Below are positions 18,198 through 30,087 of a DNA stretch of 64,000 bases, piece by piece. The position numbers and the translations under genes are program-made. This stretch comes from Chitinophaga pinensis. GTDB lineage: Bacteria > Bacteroidota > Bacteroidia > Flavobacteriales_D > Crocinitomicaceae. Positions within the stretch are counted from its first letter, which is position 1. Every line of letters begins with the position of its first letter. The stretch is from the NCBI GenBank assembly GCA_943327315.2, contig CALPWQ020000001.1:627-64626 (forward strand), in the 5' to 3' direction. The notes under the pieces were generated by a model. It had not been told where the DNA came from. It did not search any database and saw nothing but the letters and a program-made list of their open reading frames with translations.

Positions 18198-20453
18198 TTA
18201 GTTTTCTAACTGTTTTGCGAGTGCATTGTCATATACCTCTTTGGCTTCGGTGATAAACCCAAAATGTTCATCATCGACCATTAACTTTCCTTTGGTTACA
18301 TGGCCAAGCAAGGTGCAAGTTACGCCAGAATCCATTATAAACTCAATAAATTGCTCTTCTTGTTCTTCTGTCACCGAGACAACAGCTCTGCCTTGGCCTT
18401 CACCAAACAAAAACGCATCTTCACGGGAACCCGAATCGTCGCGCACTTCGGAGTCGGTAACAACATCAAATCCTAGTTCACGAGGCATCGCCATTTCTGT
18501 CAAAGCCACAAATAATCCACCGTCGGAAACATCATGCGCCGCATTGATCAATTCATGCTGAATCAACCCTTTGATGGTTTGGTGCATTTGGTATTCCTTT
18601 TCTAGATCGAAATACGGCGCTGGTGAAGCTTTCACACCAAGATAGGTTGCCAAATACTCGGAAGATGCAATGTCCGCATTGTACTCACCAATCAAGAAAA
18701 TTAAATCTCCTTTTTGTTTAAAATCCAGGGTCATGATGCGGTCCTTGTCTTCCACGATACCAATCATACCGATTGTCGGCGTTGGGAATACGGGCACCTC
18801 TACGCCATTGGATACTGTTTGGTTGTAGAAGGACACATTTCCTCCAGTTACCGGTGTATTGAACTTAAGACATGCCGCAGACATTCCTTTGATTGCACCA
18901 ACAAATTGCCAGTACGATTCAGGATTGTATGGGTTTCCAAAATTCAAACAGTTTGTAATCGCACTTGGCTCGCCACCAGCGCATGTTATGTTTCGCGCCG
19001 CTTCGGCAACCGCAATCATCGTCCCAATTTCAGGATCTGCATTCACATAACGTGAGTTGCAATCTACTGTCATTGCCAAAGCTTTGTTTGTGCCTTTGAT
19101 GTTTACCACACCTGCATCCGATGGGCGATTCGTCGTCATGGTTCGCGTTCCTACCATGGAATCATACTGCTGATAAATCCATCGTTTTGATGCAATGTTC
19201 GGCAGCCCTAAAAGCGCATAAGCCACCGCTTTTAAATCCGACGGCTTCTCCACTTGGTCGATTGAAAATTTCTTATATTCAGCATAATATGCCGGTTCTT
19301 TGTATTCTCTTTTGTATTGAGGAGCTCCGCCCCCAAGAACCAATGATTCAGCAGGCACATCACCTACCAATTCACCATGCATGTAGTAACGAACACGTCC
19401 ACCTTCAGTTACCACACCGATTTCTTCAGCGTGCAAATCCCACTTATCGAAGATTTGTTTTACCAAATGCTCTTGGCCTTTAGCAACCACAACAAGCATG
19501 CGCTCCTGGGATTCAGAAAGAAGTATTTCGTAAGGCAACATATTTTCTTGACGCGTAGGAACGCGATCGAGATGGATGTCCATTCCTACCCCACCGCCTG
19601 CAGACATTTCGCAGGTAGAACAGGTAATTCCTGCAGCACCCATATCTTGCATGCCACGAATCGCATCTGTTTTCGCCAATTCCATCGTCGCTTCAAGGAG
19701 CAGTTTTTCCATAAATGGGTCACCCACTTGAACCGAAGGAAGGTCGTTTGCGGAATCTTCTGTGATGTCTTTCGAGGCAAATGCAGCTCCCGCGATACCA
19801 TCTTTACCTGTAGATGAACCTACAATGAAAACTGGGTTTCCTGGACCAGTCGCCTTCGCTGAAATGATTCGTTTCGTATCTATGATGCCCGCAGAGAATG
19901 CATTTACCAGTGGGTTTGTATTGTAGGAATCATCAAAAAACACCTCACCACCGACGATTGGAATTCCGAAAGCATTTCCATAATCACCAATTCCCTTGGT
20001 CACTCCTTTGACCAACCATTTCGTTCGCGCGTTTTCAATATTTCCAAATCGAAGAGAGTTCAACTGAGCAATTGGCCGAGCACCCATGGTGAAAATATCA
20101 CGGTTAATCCCTCCAACACCTGTTGCTGCACCTTGATAAGGCTCCAATGCGCTGGGGTGGTTGTGTGATTCTATTTTGAAAACGCAGCCCAAACCATCAC
20201 CGATATCAACAAGACCTGCATTTTCTTCACCCGCCTTTACAAGCATGTGAGGACCATCCTTTGGTAATGTTTTTAACCAAAGAATTGAATTCTTGTAAGA
20301 ACAATGCTCAGACCACATCACCGAGTAAACAGCTGTTTCGGTGAAATTTGGTGTACGACCAAGAATCTCACATATCATTTCAAATTCATCCTTGCGTAAA
20401 CCAAGATCTACCGCCTGTTCTATCGTTGCTGCCTGTTGAAGGGTACTTTCCAT
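18198..20453 (-). CDS. purL: phosphoribosylformylglycinamidine synthase subunit PurL
   Basis: [28 protein letters not shown] and PurM-like repeats. The first ATG at 20453 is preceded by the -7 box TATATTTG (plus 20470..20477). The longer track ORF start is unlikely. Confidence 0.93.
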   Translation of the reverse strand: MESTLQQAATIEQAVDLGLRKDEFEMICEILGRTPNFTETAVYSVMWSEHCSYKNSILWLKTLPKDGPHMLVKAGEENAGLVDIGDGLGCVFKIESHNHPSALEPYQGAATGVGGINRDIFTMGARPIAQLNSLRFGNIENARTKWLVKGVTKGIGDYGNAFGIPIVGGEVFFDDSYNTNPLVNAFSAGIIDTKRIISAKATGPGNPVFIVGSSTGKDGIAGAAFASKDITEDSANDLPSVQVGDPFMEKLLLEATMELAKTDAIRGMQDMGAAGITCSTCEMSAGGGVGMDIHLDRVPTRQENMLPYEILLSESQERMLVVVAKGQEHLVKQIFDKWDLHAEEIGVVTEGGRVRYYMHGELVGDVPAESLVLGGGAPQYKREYKEPAYYAEYKKFSIDQVEKPSDLKAVAYALLGLPNIASKRWIYQQYDSMVGTRTMTTNRPSDAGVVNIKGTNKALAMTVDCNSRYVNADPEIGTMIAVAEAARNITCAGGEPSAITNCLNFGNPYNPESYWQFVGAIKGMSAACLKFNTPVTGGNVSFYNQTVSNGVEVPVFPTPTIGMIGIVEDKDRIMTLDFKQKGDLIFLIGEYNADIASSEYLATYLGVKASPAPYFDLEKEYQMHQTIKGLIQHELINAAHDVSDGGLFVALTEMAMPRELGFDVVTDSEVRDDSGSREDAFLFGEGQGRAVVSVTEEQEEQFIEFIMDSGVTCTLLGHVTKGKLMVDDEHFGFITEAKEVYDNALAKQLEN

Positions 20454-20469
20454 AAAATCTTTTGTTGCA

Positions 20470-20477
20470 CAAATATA
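20470..20477 (-). promoter_or_regulatory. -7 promoter box TATATTTG upstream of purL
   Basis: Exact TAnnTTTG, 17 nt upstream of the ATG at 20453. Confidence 0.4.
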
Positions 20478-20616
20478 AATAAAATATCGGGGTGAATCCC
20501 CTAAGCTGCATCGGGTCAAAACTGAAATTCTTTTTTTGATCTTAGCAAAATTTGTTTGTTTTTAAAATTAATTTTTATCTTTCGAGCGCTTAAACTAAAA
20601 TACTCAACTAACTGCC

Positions 20617-21954
20617 ATGCTTAAATTGTTTGATTTAAGGTTTTTATCGTTTCTCACGGTACTTTCGTTCACCTACTCCCGAGCACAAATTATCACTTCG
20701 AATAATGTCTTGATTCACGTAAATACAGGTGGTTTAATCCATTGTAATGGCGGTTTTGAATTAAATGGTGCAGCTCAACTCACCAACCAAGGAACAATTT
20801 ACACCACAAAAAACTCAACCTTTGCGCAGAACGGAAACTTTAGCATCAACGGTTCATCTACAAGCGATGGAAATGGCGAATACTACGTCGAACAAGATTG
20901 GAAAAACAATTCGGTATTTACAGGAGGATCAAGTACAGTTCACCTTTACGGAAATACAGAACAATTCATTACAAGCGACAATTCAACTGAGACTATTTTT
21001 AATCACCTTATTCTAACAGGTTCAGGCAGTGGGACGGATAAACGTAAAACACTTTTAAACACGAATGCTTCCTGCGGAAATCTCGGCAATTTAACGCTGA
21101 ACAACCGTGAATTAGCGACCGAAGGAAACACCTTCAGCGTTTTGAACCCTTCTCTTTCCGCAATTGCCTTCGACAACACCTTTTTGGCTGAAGGTTTTGT
21201 GAGCAGCATTCTTTCCGGTTCGCTCGTGCGGAATACAAATGCGACACAGAACTATATTTTTCCTGTCGGATCGAGCAATGGAACGGAGCGTTTTAGAGCT
21301 GTAACTATTCAGCCAGAAGCGAATTCTAGTCAAGCATACGCTGTGCGTCTCAATAATTACAGTGCGGACCTTGATTCGTATTTTTTGAGTCAGCATGAAA
21401 CCTTAGTCGACAATGGAAATTCACTTTTCTATCATTCCATCGAACGTATTTCAGGAAGTGCCAATGCCAACGTTGGCGTTCAATATCTCCCTTCTTCTGA
21501 TGGTGATTGGAAGGGGCTTGCGCATTGGTTTCTCCCTATACAACAATGGAACTCACTTGGCGACTTGCCGCAATTAACCAACGGGAATTACAGCGAAATT
21601 TTGCGCAGTGGATGGAATTTTCCTGACGCATCAAATGCCTACGTTCTTATGAATCCTGCGGACATCATTATTATTCCAACAGCGTTTACCCCTGATGGAG
21701 ATGGGACAAATGAAGTTTGGCAAATTCCAAACTTGGATAAGCAGTATCCAAAAAATGTCGTGCGCATCTACAACCGTTGGGGCAGTTTATTGTATGAACA
21801 TGATTCCTCTACCGACGGTTCATATTCCACAAAACCTTGGGATGGAACTGTTAAAGGCGATTTAATGCCTGTTGGTTCTTATTACTACATCATCGATTTC
21901 AACAATTTAGACAATAAGTCTGTCAAAGGAATAGTGACCATTGTCAATCAATAA
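20617..21954 (+). CDS. secreted protein with T9SS type B (gliding-motility-associated, CHU_C) C-terminal sorting domain
   Basis: Signal peptide. C-terminus [23 protein letters not shown]...[14 protein letters not shown]...[22 protein letters not shown]. Confidence 0.8.
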   Translation: MLKLFDLRFLSFLTVLSFTYSRAQIITSNNVLIHVNTGGLIHCNGGFELNGAAQLTNQGTIYTTKNSTFAQNGNFSINGSSTSDGNGEYYVEQDWKNNSVFTGGSSTVHLYGNTEQFITSDNSTETIFNHLILTGSGSGTDKRKTLLNTNASCGNLGNLTLNNRELATEGNTFSVLNPSLSAIAFDNTFLAEGFVSSILSGSLVRNTNATQNYIFPVGSSNGTERFRAVTIQPEANSSQAYAVRLNNYSADLDSYFLSQHETLVDNGNSLFYHSIERISGSANANVGVQYLPSSDGDWKGLAHWFLPIQQWNSLGDLPQLTNGNYSEILRSGWNFPDASNAYVLMNPADIIIIPTAFTPDGDGTNEVWQIPNLDKQYPKNVVRIYNRWGSLLYEHDSSTDGSYSTKPWDGTVKGDLMPVGSYYYIIDFNNLDNKSVKGIVTIVNQ

Positions 21955-21973
21955 AAACTACAGCTCAAAAACT

Positions 21974-24682
21974 ATGAAAATGAACTCATTTTACCACATC
22001 GTACTTATTGCAACTTGTATTGCTGTATCGGAATCCACTAGTGCACAAAACAATGTAGGGATAGGTACGAACGCACCAGATCCAAGTGCCATCGTTGACA
22101 TGTCGGCATCTGACAAAGGGATGCTCGTACCTCGAATGACAAGCGTGCAGCGAACAGCGATTGTTAACCCTGCTGAGGCTTTGATGGTGTATGATACAGA
22201 TGTCGAATGCTACTTCTATTTTAAACTTTCCACCGGTTGGTTAAACCTGTGTGGAGCAATGACTGGTGCACAAGGACCTCAAGGAATCCAAGGTCCGATT
22301 GGTTTGACAGGAGCAACCGGCCTTCAAGGTCCGGCCGGCTTAGCTGGACCGCAAGGACCGATAGGTTTGACAGGTGCAACTGGAGCACAAGGTCCGATTG
22401 GTTTGACAGGTGCTATTGGAGCTACAGGTGCTGCAGGGCCACAGGGTCCGATTGGTTTGACAGGTGCTACCGGAGCTACAGGTGCTGCAGGGCCACAAGG
22501 ACCGATTGGTTTGACAGGTGCTATTGGAGCTACAGGTGCTGCAGGGCCACAAGGACCGATTGGTTTGACAGGAGCAACCGGCCTTCAAGGTCCGGCCGGC
22601 GCAACTGGACCGCAAGGGATAGCTGGTGTTGATGGTGCAACTGGGCCTCAAGGTCCGATTGGTTTGACAGGTGCTACTGGCGCTGCAGGACCACAGGGAC
22701 CGATTGGTTTGACAGGTGCTACTGGCGCTGCGGGTGCAACTGGGCCTCAAGGTCCAGCCGGCGTAGCGGGTGCTGCGGGCCCTCAAGGTCCCATTGGTTT
22801 AACAGGAGCAACTGGTCCTCAAGGTCCGGCAGGTGCAAATGGTCAAGGCGGAGTTTCCATTTCAGGAACAGGAGTCACTTTGACGGGAACAGGAACAGTT
22901 GCGGATCCTTATGTCATCAATGAAAATGACGACGATTGGAAAATACTTGGCAATGCAGGCACAATTGCAGGCACAAATTTCATTGGAACGACCGATGCCC
23001 AAGCTTTTATAACAAAAACAGGTGGGAACGCTGCAGCGAATGAGCGCATGCGTATTCTAGCTACAGGACCTGGTATTTACAATGCAACTGCTCCATTTGC
23101 TGGGGATGTGTTCTCCGTGTATGCGACAGGTGCAACAGGTGCAACTAATCCATTGGGAACATATGCAGTGAATGGATATTCAGCCGGCAACGGAACGGGC
23201 GTATATGGCGAAACCAATGGTGGAGCATCGACAACTGGAACAGCTGTTTGGGGAAGTATTTATGGAACAGCAACTACCGCTTCATCAACGAGTGAGGGAA
23301 TCTGGGGATTGAACACTACTGCTCCGGCTGGAACAGGCGCAACGTCTGCAGTAGCAGTTGGAGTGCGCGGAGAAGCTACTGGAGCTGCAGGCACGGCCTT
23401 TACCATGGGAGTCTTAGGGATTTCATCAGCAACTGCAGGTGGAGCATATGGTGTTTACGGCCAAACATCTTCACCCGCTGCAATGGGAGTTTTTGGAGTT
23501 AACCTCGACCTAAGTTTAAGCCCAGCGCACGGTGTGCAAGGACAAACTGGTGCAACTGGAAGTGCCGCTGGAGTTCGCGGATTCAATACTGCTGCAGCGA
23601 TTGGAGCTGGTCAAAGCGGTTTCGGTGTAAGAGGAAGTGCCAATGCCGCTCCAACGGGTACCGGTTACGTCATAGGTGTTCGCGGTGATTGTAGTGGATT
23701 AACTGGATCTACATATGGACTTTATGGCCAAGTTGCTTCTGCAACTGGATTTGGAATAAACGGTGTAAATACGAACGTCTCAGGAACTGGATTGATAGTA
23801 AATGGTAACAATGCTGCTGGATCCTATTTAACGGGGGGCTCAGGTGCAGCAATAAATGGCACAGGTATAGGAACTTTTTCAATTGCAAAAACTGCAGCAA
23901 GTGGAAATGGAGTTGTAGGTATTGGGAACAACCTTATAGGATCCATTTTAACATCAGCTAACGGTAGTGGTGTAACTGGAGTAGGCACACAATATGGAAT
24001 TGTAGGTTATGCAACAACAACAGTAATGACAAACCCTTTAAACAACTTATCGTTAAATGCGGCCACAGCAAGTGCAGGTGGATATTTTGAGGTACAAGCT
24101 CTAGGAACTGCTCAAACTTGGACCTATGTAGGCGTTCGTGACAATACGAATGTTATCCGTAAAATCATCGGTACAGGAACCGTAAATACAATCGTAAAAG
24201 ACCTCGATGAAAAATATGTGGCGCTTTCTTGTCCAGAAGCACCTGAAAACTTGTTCCAAGATTATGGTGTAGGACAGTTGATTAACGGTAAAGTACACAT
24301 CACGATCGATCCAATTTTCGCTAAAAATATTGTGGTAAACGAAAAACATCCTTTGCGCGTATTTGTGCAACTGGAAGGCGATTGCAAGGGAGTTTATGTG
24401 ACAAACAAGACAAAGGATGGATTTGATGTCATCGAGTTGAATGCTGGATCTTCCAATACCTCATTCTCTTGGTCGATTGTTGCCAACCGTGCTGATGAAA
24501 TATTGCCTGATGGAACGATTTCTAAGTACTCTAATGAGCGATTCGCTCCGGCTCCTGGACCACAAGAGAAATTAACACAAGAAACCAGTGAGGAAAATTC
24601 AGCCGTGCGCAACGTTCAGTCGGAGGAACCTGTTTCACCTGCTAGCGTTGGGACGAAGGAAAACCCTCGAAAGAAATTATGA
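21974..24682 (+). CDS. collagen-like triple-helix repeat protein, secreted, with Gly/Ala/Thr-rich fibre-like region
   Basis: ATG at 21974 gives signal peptide [25 protein letters not shown]. About 200 aa of uninterrupted G-X-Y ([14 protein letters not shown]...), followed by repetitive G-rich segments. Confidence 0.85.
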   Translation: MKMNSFYHIVLIATCIAVSESTSAQNNVGIGTNAPDPSAIVDMSASDKGMLVPRMTSVQRTAIVNPAEALMVYDTDVECYFYFKLSTGWLNLCGAMTGAQGPQGIQGPIGLTGATGLQGPAGLAGPQGPIGLTGATGAQGPIGLTGAIGATGAAGPQGPIGLTGATGATGAAGPQGPIGLTGAIGATGAAGPQGPIGLTGATGLQGPAGATGPQGIAGVDGATGPQGPIGLTGATGAAGPQGPIGLTGATGAAGATGPQGPAGVAGAAGPQGPIGLTGATGPQGPAGANGQGGVSISGTGVTLTGTGTVADPYVINENDDDWKILGNAGTIAGTNFIGTTDAQAFITKTGGNAAANERMRILATGPGIYNATAPFAGDVFSVYATGATGATNPLGTYAVNGYSAGNGTGVYGETNGGASTTGTAVWGSIYGTATTASSTSEGIWGLNTTAPAGTGATSAVAVGVRGEATGAAGTAFTMGVLGISSATAGGAYGVYGQTSSPAAMGVFGVNLDLSLSPAHGVQGQTGATGSAAGVRGFNTAAAIGAGQSGFGVRGSANAAPTGTGYVIGVRGDCSGLTGSTYGLYGQVASATGFGINGVNTNVSGTGLIVNGNNAAGSYLTGGSGAAINGTGIGTFSIAKTAASGNGVVGIGNNLIGSILTSANGSGVTGVGTQYGIVGYATTTVMTNPLNNLSLNAATASAGGYFEVQALGTAQTWTYVGVRDNTNVIRKIIGTGTVNTIVKDLDEKYVALSCPEAPENLFQDYGVGQLINGKVHITIDPIFAKNIVVNEKHPLRVFVQLEGDCKGVYVTNKTKDGFDVIELNAGSSNTSFSWSIVANRADEILPDGTISKYSNERFAPAPGPQEKLTQETSEENSAVRNVQSEEPVSPASVGTKENPRKKL
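22391..22606 (+). repeat. 54-bp in-frame tandem repeat (unit starts at 22391, 22445, 22499, 22553) within the G-X-Y region (~22255..22860)
   Basis: The unit encodes GPIGLTGA(I/T)GATGAAGPQ. Related copies occur at 22296, 22650 and 22694. Confidence 0.9.
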
Positions 24683-24711
24683 TGAGTGATTTTTAATCCC
24701 ATTAAAATCAA

Positions 24712-24741
24712 AGCCTGTATGTCGAATGCAGGCTTTTTTTG
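24712..24741 (+). terminator. intrinsic terminator after the collagen-like gene
   Basis: AGCCTG-11 nt-CAGGCT followed by T7. Confidence 0.7.
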
Positions 24742-24835
24742 TTCGTTTCAAACACTTGTGCGCATGTGTTGTGATTTCAATCGGGGTGAACCATTGAACT
24801 GGTGGATCAATACCGTCATAAATGGAACTTAATAG

Positions 24836-25912
24836 CTACTTCTGTGCGAATCGATACAAGATGTAAGCGATGCCTCCAAACAAGATATTTGGCACCCAAA
24901 CAGCCAATTCCGCGGAGAATCCAAGCTTCATGGCAGCAACCGTAGTCACTTTCATGGCGAAGATATAAATGAAGATAATGCCCAAACCAAGTGCGATACT
25001 GATGCCAATACCTCCTCGTTTTTTTCGGGAGGAAACAGAAACACCAATGATGGTCAACACATAGGAAGCAAATGGGTATGAGGTTCGTTGATTGAGCTCT
25101 ATTTCGTACATCGGCACATTTCCTGAACCCTTCTCCTTTTCCCTTTTGATGAATCCATTCAGCTCTGTATAGGTCATGGCTTCGGCAATGTTATCGCGCT
25201 GTGCCATTTCCTCAATTCTAAACTTAAACACGGTATCTTTTTTCTGCCCTTCGTGGACCACATCATTCGGATAGCCAACTCGTCGTTCAAAATAATCCGT
25301 CAATACCCATGTATCCGTACCTTGCTTATTTTGTGCTGAACGCGCCTTGATAAAATACTTGAGCTTTTTGTCTTCACCCCATTGCTCGAGCACAAAGTCA
25401 TTGACCACATTTTGTTCGGAGGAAAAACTTGAAAAATAGACCACTTGGTTCCCAGGATATTCTGCGTGATAATCTTCCACGTACATGGCATCACGGTAAT
25501 ATTTCTCCTCAAATGCCAAACGTACTTTATTGGCTTTAGGCAAAATGAAATGATTCATAAACAAGGAAATGACCATCAGTATTGTCGCAGAAATCATATA
25601 TGGTCTTAAAAACCGATGAAATGGCCTTCCGCTGTTGAGCATCGGTATAATTTCAGAGTCTTGTGCCATTTTTGCGGTAAACCAGATCACTGAAACAAAA
25701 ATGATCATCGAAGAAAACATGTTCCCATAGAAGAGAATGAAGTTGAGGTAATACTCGAACATGATTCCAGATAGTGGTGCTTGATTGTCGATAAATTCAC
25801 TCAAGCGTTCCGATAAATCAAAGACCATCGCTAGAAGCATGATGATTCCAAGCATGAAGAAGAAGGTCGTTAGGAACTTCCGAATGATATATTTATCGAG
25901 GATAGAGAGCAC
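24836..25912 (-). CDS. LptF/LptG-family (YjgP/YjgQ) permease
   Basis: LDKYIIRKFLTTFFFMLGII N-terminus, 6-TM layout with a large periplasmic loop. GTG start directly after the tgt stop. Confidence 0.8.
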   Translation of the reverse strand: MLSILDKYIIRKFLTTFFFMLGIIMLLAMVFDLSERLSEFIDNQAPLSGIMFEYYLNFILFYGNMFSSMIIFVSVIWFTAKMAQDSEIIPMLNSGRPFHRFLRPYMISATILMVISLFMNHFILPKANKVRLAFEEKYYRDAMYVEDYHAEYPGNQVVYFSSFSSEQNVVNDFVLEQWGEDKKLKYFIKARSAQNKQGTDTWVLTDYFERRVGYPNDVVHEGQKKDTVFKFRIEEMAQRDNIAEAMTYTELNGFIKREKEKGSGNVPMYEIELNQRTSYPFASYVLTIIGVSVSSRKKRGGIGISIALGLGIIFIYIFAMKVTTVAAMKLGFSAELAVWVPNILFGGIAYILYRFAQK

Positions 25913-25913
25913 C

Positions 25914-27044
25914 TTACAATCGTTGTCCTAGTTTTGGCGTAATCGCATTTTTCCACTCCACAAACGATCCATCTAAGATTCTCTTGCGTGCTTCTTTCAT
26001 CAAATCAAGGTAGAATGCCAAGTTATGAATTGTCGCAATTTGAATCCCTAGATTTTCACCTGTTTTTATCAAATGACGCAAATAGGCCTTGGTGTACACT
26101 TGATCCACAAATGCTTTTCCAGAGGTGTCAATTGGAGAAAAATCCATTTCCCATTTCTTGTTTTTAATGTTGATGGTTCCTTCCCATGTAAACAGCATGC
26201 CGTGTCGTGCATTTCGCGAAGGCATCACGCAATCGAACATATCAATTCCCAAGGCGATGCATTCCAATAAATTCACTGGCGTGCCTACTCCCATTAAATA
26301 CCTTGGTTTTTCGGTCGGCAATATTTGGCAGACATGATCTGTCATTTCATACAACTCTTCATCTGGTTCACCAACTGAAAGTCCTCCGATGGCATTTCCT
26401 ACGGCATCAAAGGATGCAATGGTCTCCGCTGATTCGGTCCTTAAATCCTTGTACACACTTCCTTGTATAATTGGAAAAAGTGCTTGATTGTAGCCGTATT
26501 TTGGTTCTGTTTGTTCCATTCGATCCATGCAGCGTTTCAACCAGCGATGTGTCATGTGCATCGAGCGTTTCGCATACTGATAATCGCAAGGATAAGGTGT
26601 GCATTCATCAAAAGCCATGATGATATCGGCACCTATAGAACGTTGAATGTCTATCGCTCGTTCGGGGGTAAAAAAATGATAACTCCCATCGATGTGCGAC
26701 TGGAATTTCACCCCTTCTTCATTGATTTTTCTTGAACCAGACAATGAATACACCTGGTATCCACCACTGTCAGTAAGCATAGGGCGTTCCCAACCTATAA
26801 ATTGATGGAGACCACCAGCCGCTTCGAGTACGTCAATTCCTGGCCGAAGAAACAAATGATAGGTGTTTCCAAGGATAATTTGTGCGTTTATGTCATCGCG
26901 TAATTCTTGTTGATGCACGCCCTTTACCGAACCAACTGTTCCTACAGGCATGAATATCGGCGTTTCAATTGTGCCGTGATCGGTGTGCAACAATCCTACC
27001 CTCGCGCGGGATTTCGTATCGGTATGAAGAAGGTCAAAGTGCAT
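25914..27044 (-). CDS. tgt: tRNA-guanine transglycosylase (queuine tRNA-ribosyltransferase)
   Basis: TPIFMPVGT, LTDSGGYQV, GLSVGE, and the zinc-site region CVMPSRNARHG. Confidence 0.95.
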   Translation of the reverse strand: MHFDLLHTDTKSRARVGLLHTDHGTIETPIFMPVGTVGSVKGVHQQELRDDINAQIILGNTYHLFLRPGIDVLEAAGGLHQFIGWERPMLTDSGGYQVYSLSGSRKINEEGVKFQSHIDGSYHFFTPERAIDIQRSIGADIIMAFDECTPYPCDYQYAKRSMHMTHRWLKRCMDRMEQTEPKYGYNQALFPIIQGSVYKDLRTESAETIASFDAVGNAIGGLSVGEPDEELYEMTDHVCQILPTEKPRYLMGVGTPVNLLECIALGIDMFDCVMPSRNARHGMLFTWEGTINIKNKKWEMDFSPIDTSGKAFVDQVYTKAYLRHLIKTGENLGIQIATIHNLAFYLDLMKEARKRILDGSFVEWKNAITPKLGQRL

Positions 27045-27124
27045 AAAATGTTGAAAACTAAACGACGCAAAGATAAAGCTATTTCATTAGTCCCCCCATC
27101 TTTGCAACGAAGCTTTACGACGAC

Positions 27125-28264
27125 ATGCATTTTATACCATCTTTCGAGCCATCTGCATTTTTTTATGTCTTCCTAACGTTTGGGATCACTGCGCTCGTAC
27201 ACCTTATATATGTGCTTGTTATTCAGAGCAGATTCGCGTTTTACAGGCAAAAAAAATCAGTGAGTCAAGACACAACCCTCCCCCCTATTTCGCTGATCAT
27301 TGCCGCACGAAACGAGTCGGACAATCTGTATGAAAACCTTCCATTTATTCTAGATCAAGACTACCCCTTGTTTGAAGTCATTGTCATTAACAACCAATCT
27401 ATAGATGATTCGAGTCAACTGCTGCGTTCATTTCAGCATGAATATCCAAACCTGCATGTGATCGAAGTTGAGCGCAACCCTCACCTTCGACCGGGAAAGA
27501 AACTCTCCATAACCATAGGTATTAAAGGTGCGCAGTACGACCATTTCATTTTGACGGATGCAGATTGTCGTCCAACTTCGCGCTTGTGGCTTCAGTTGAT
27601 GGCAACATCTTTCACCGCAGAAAAAGAACTGGTTATCGGCTATGGACCCTATACAAAATCAGCAGGATTTTTAAACAGACTTATTCGCTTCGACACCGCA
27701 TCTATTGGCATGAGCTATTTTTCTATGGCACTATCCGGATTAACGTATATGGGGGTTGGCAGAAACATTGGCTATACCAGAAACCTGTTTGAATCGGTTA
27801 AGGGATTTCGATCACACTATGAGCTGGCATCTGGGGACGATGACCTTTTTGTTCAGGAAGCAGCGACAAAGAAGAATGTAACGATCAATATCGATAAAAA
27901 CACCTTCTGTTACTCTGCACCTTGCGCTGACTGGGATTCATGGATTAGACAGAAAACAAGACACTACACGACTACAGATCGCTATGAGGTTATTAAAAAA
28001 TGGATGTTAGGAATATATCCATTGACCATGTTGATCTTGCTTATTTCCTTTGTTATTTTGATGCTGAGTAATGATTTCCGATGGTTAAGTGCCTCGGTAT
28101 TCCTATTCGTAACAGGTGTTAAATGGTGGATACAAGGCCGTTGTTTCAATAAATTGAACGAGGGCAGCTTAGTAAAGTACCTGCCATTATGGGATATCTT
28201 GTATACGATTTTGATGCCGATCATTTATTATTCATCTGAAAAAAAGGCAGCAAACAAATGGTAG
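27125..28264 (+). CDS. family 2 glycosyltransferase, membrane-associated
   Basis: ISLIIAARNE...LTDADC...ASGDDDLF (GT2 DxD and ED motifs), C-terminal TM helices. Confidence 0.8.
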   Translation: MHFIPSFEPSAFFYVFLTFGITALVHLIYVLVIQSRFAFYRQKKSVSQDTTLPPISLIIAARNESDNLYENLPFILDQDYPLFEVIVINNQSIDDSSQLLRSFQHEYPNLHVIEVERNPHLRPGKKLSITIGIKGAQYDHFILTDADCRPTSRLWLQLMATSFTAEKELVIGYGPYTKSAGFLNRLIRFDTASIGMSYFSMALSGLTYMGVGRNIGYTRNLFESVKGFRSHYELASGDDDLFVQEAATKKNVTINIDKNTFCYSAPCADWDSWIRQKTRHYTTTDRYEVIKKWMLGIYPLTMLILLISFVILMLSNDFRWLSASVFLFVTGVKWWIQGRCFNKLNEGSLVKYLPLWDILYTILMPIIYYSSEKKAANKW

Positions 28265-28863
28265 AAGGCGAACACTTATCCGACAAAGCACGATATGATC
28301 TCATTCTTGTAGATGCGGCGAAGGCAGGAAATCAATCGGCATATGCTGAATTGATGGACCGGTACAGAGAATCGATTTATTACATGATGCTGAAAATGGT
28401 GAAAAACCAGGATGATGCGGATGATTTAACGATTGAGGCCTTTGGAAAAGCATTTAACCGTTTGGAGCAATACTCTCCAAGTTATGCCTTCAGCACATGG
28501 CTTTTTAAAATCGCTTCCAACAATTGCATTGACTTTATTCGCAAGAAACGCATCAGATTCACTTCCATGGATACCGGATTCACATCAAGCGACGGTGAAG
28601 TGGTCTATATTGAAGCCAAAGCATCGGTCATGAATCCTGAAGAAACAATCATTCATGGGCAAAAAGTGTCGCACATGCGCGTCCTTGTGAGCAAATTAAA
28701 GCCTCGTTATCGCGAGCTTGTTGAAAAGCGCTACTTCGAGGAATTGAGTTATGAGGAGATCGCGGATGAATTGAATCTTCCTTTAGGCACCGTTAAAGCA
28801 CAGTTGTTCCGTGCTCGGGACTTCTTGGCAGGAATGATGGAAAAAACAAAAGACACGATTTAA
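28258..28863 (+). CDS. RNA polymerase sigma-70 family (ECF-type) sigma factor
   Basis: Region 2 (DADDLTIEAFGKAF...FSTWLFKIASNNCIDFIRKK) and region 4 (LSYEEIADELNLPLGTVKAQLFRAR). Confidence 0.88.
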   Translation: MVEGEHLSDKARYDLILVDAAKAGNQSAYAELMDRYRESIYYMMLKMVKNQDDADDLTIEAFGKAFNRLEQYSPSYAFSTWLFKIASNNCIDFIRKKRIRFTSMDTGFTSSDGEVVYIEAKASVMNPEETIIHGQKVSHMRVLVSKLKPRYRELVEKRYFEELSYEEIADELNLPLGTVKAQLFRARDFLAGMMEKTKDTI

Positions 28864-28914
28864 CCTACTCATTCGACCACCTCAATTTCATCGGCAAAAC
28901 CGTGCCTTTTCATC

Positions 28915-29535
28915 ATGAAGCAAATTGAACATTATTTCCCCAATCTTAGCGAAATTCAAAAGAATCAATTTGACCAATTGGGAAATCTTTACCAGCACTG
29001 GAACGAACAAATCAATGTAATTTCCCGCAAAGACACTGAGAATTTTTATGAGCGGCATGTGCTGCATTCTCTTGGAATTGCCAAGGTGATCGAATTTTCT
29101 GAGGGATCTAAAATTCTTGACATCGGCACTGGTGGTGGGTTTCCTGGCATCCCTCTGGCCATCCTCTTTCCTGATTGCCAGTTCACCTTAGTGGATTCCA
29201 TTGGAAAGAAGATTCGGGTTGTAAACGAAGTGAAAAATGAGTTGGGATTAATGAATGTCGTCGCGATCCATGATCGAGCGGAAAACATTGAAGGCAAATT
29301 TGATTACATTGTTAGCCGAGCAGTAACAGCGATGCCTGATTTCATCCGATGGACGTCGGGGAAAATTTCTAAGACCAACCGAAACACATTGAAAAATGGA
29401 ATTTTGTACCTGAAAGGCGGTGACTTAAGGGAAGAACTTTCATCTGTTAAACAAAAAGTAAAGGTCTTTAACTTGAGTGAAATATTCTCAGAGGAGTTTT
29501 TCGAGACAAAGAAGGTTGTTCACGTCAGTCTTTAA
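28915..29535 (+). CDS. rsmG: 16S rRNA (guanine527-N7)-methyltransferase
   Basis: NLISRK-like INVISRKD...HVLHSL, SAM motif LDIGTGGGFPGIPLAI. Confidence 0.9.
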   Translation: MKQIEHYFPNLSEIQKNQFDQLGNLYQHWNEQINVISRKDTENFYERHVLHSLGIAKVIEFSEGSKILDIGTGGGFPGIPLAILFPDCQFTLVDSIGKKIRVVNEVKNELGLMNVVAIHDRAENIEGKFDYIVSRAVTAMPDFIRWTSGKISKTNRNTLKNGILYLKGGDLREELSSVKQKVKVFNLSEIFSEEFFETKKVVHVSL

Positions 29536-29547
29536 CGGACTAGCGCA

Positions 29548-30087
29548 TTAGGATAGTTTAAACTTTTTAAAGAATACGTCCCAATCCCAGATAAAATTCG
29601 CCATGACCTCATCCAGGCGCTTCAAGAATAATGGATTTGGAGCTTGCATGCGTTTGAAGTAATCATCCTGAAACTCATTCAAGCTATATTTATGAAACAT
29701 CGCTTTAGACATGCCATAAACCATATTTTTTGAAGGGTGATTTACCCGAGTAATAAACGATTGGTAATCGCGAACAAGCTTTTCAAAATCAGCTTCTTTC
29801 ATGTCATAAATACGCGCTAACTTTTCAAAAATCAACTTTTCAACACGACCTGCTTGTTCCGCTTCAAAAGTACTTTCTAAAAAAGATAAATTACCAACGA
29901 TAACAATTAATCCAAACTCGCCGCTCTCAGTATTCGACAATTGAGGGGATTTCATGAAAGCAGCATCTTCATTAATGAGAGACGCTACCTCTTTAAATCC
30001 ATGATCGACAGAATCAAAAATCGCGTTGATGAACACGTTTGCAACTTGGTTGTCCGAAAGTCTGCGCTTAATCAATGTTCCCAGCAT
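29548..30087 (-). CDS. hypothetical protein (179 aa)
   Basis: Clean ATG ORF, helical, no motif I recognise. Confidence 0.55.
   Translation of the reverse strand: MLGTLIKRRLSDNQVANVFINAIFDSVDHGFKEVASLINEDAAFMKSPQLSNTESGEFGLIVIVGNLSFLESTFEAEQAGRVEKLIFEKLARIYDMKEADFEKLVRDYQSFITRVNHPSKNMVYGMSKAMFHKYSLNEFQDDYFKRMQAPNPLFLKRLDEVMANFIWDWDVFFKKFKLS

Noticed and set aside
22391-22606. Regularly spaced 54-bp repeats that could superficially suggest a CRISPR-like array
   Set aside because: The units are contiguous with no unique spacers, are in frame, and encode collagen G-X-Y triplets. No cas genes are present in the window.
22237-22786. 131-aa and 148-aa ORFs (plus and minus strand) inside the collagen-like gene
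   Set aside because: They are by-products of the low-complexity G-X-Y coding repeats. Their products are Arg/Ser/Cys/Thr-rich nonsense, and they lie fully inside a strongly supported CDS.
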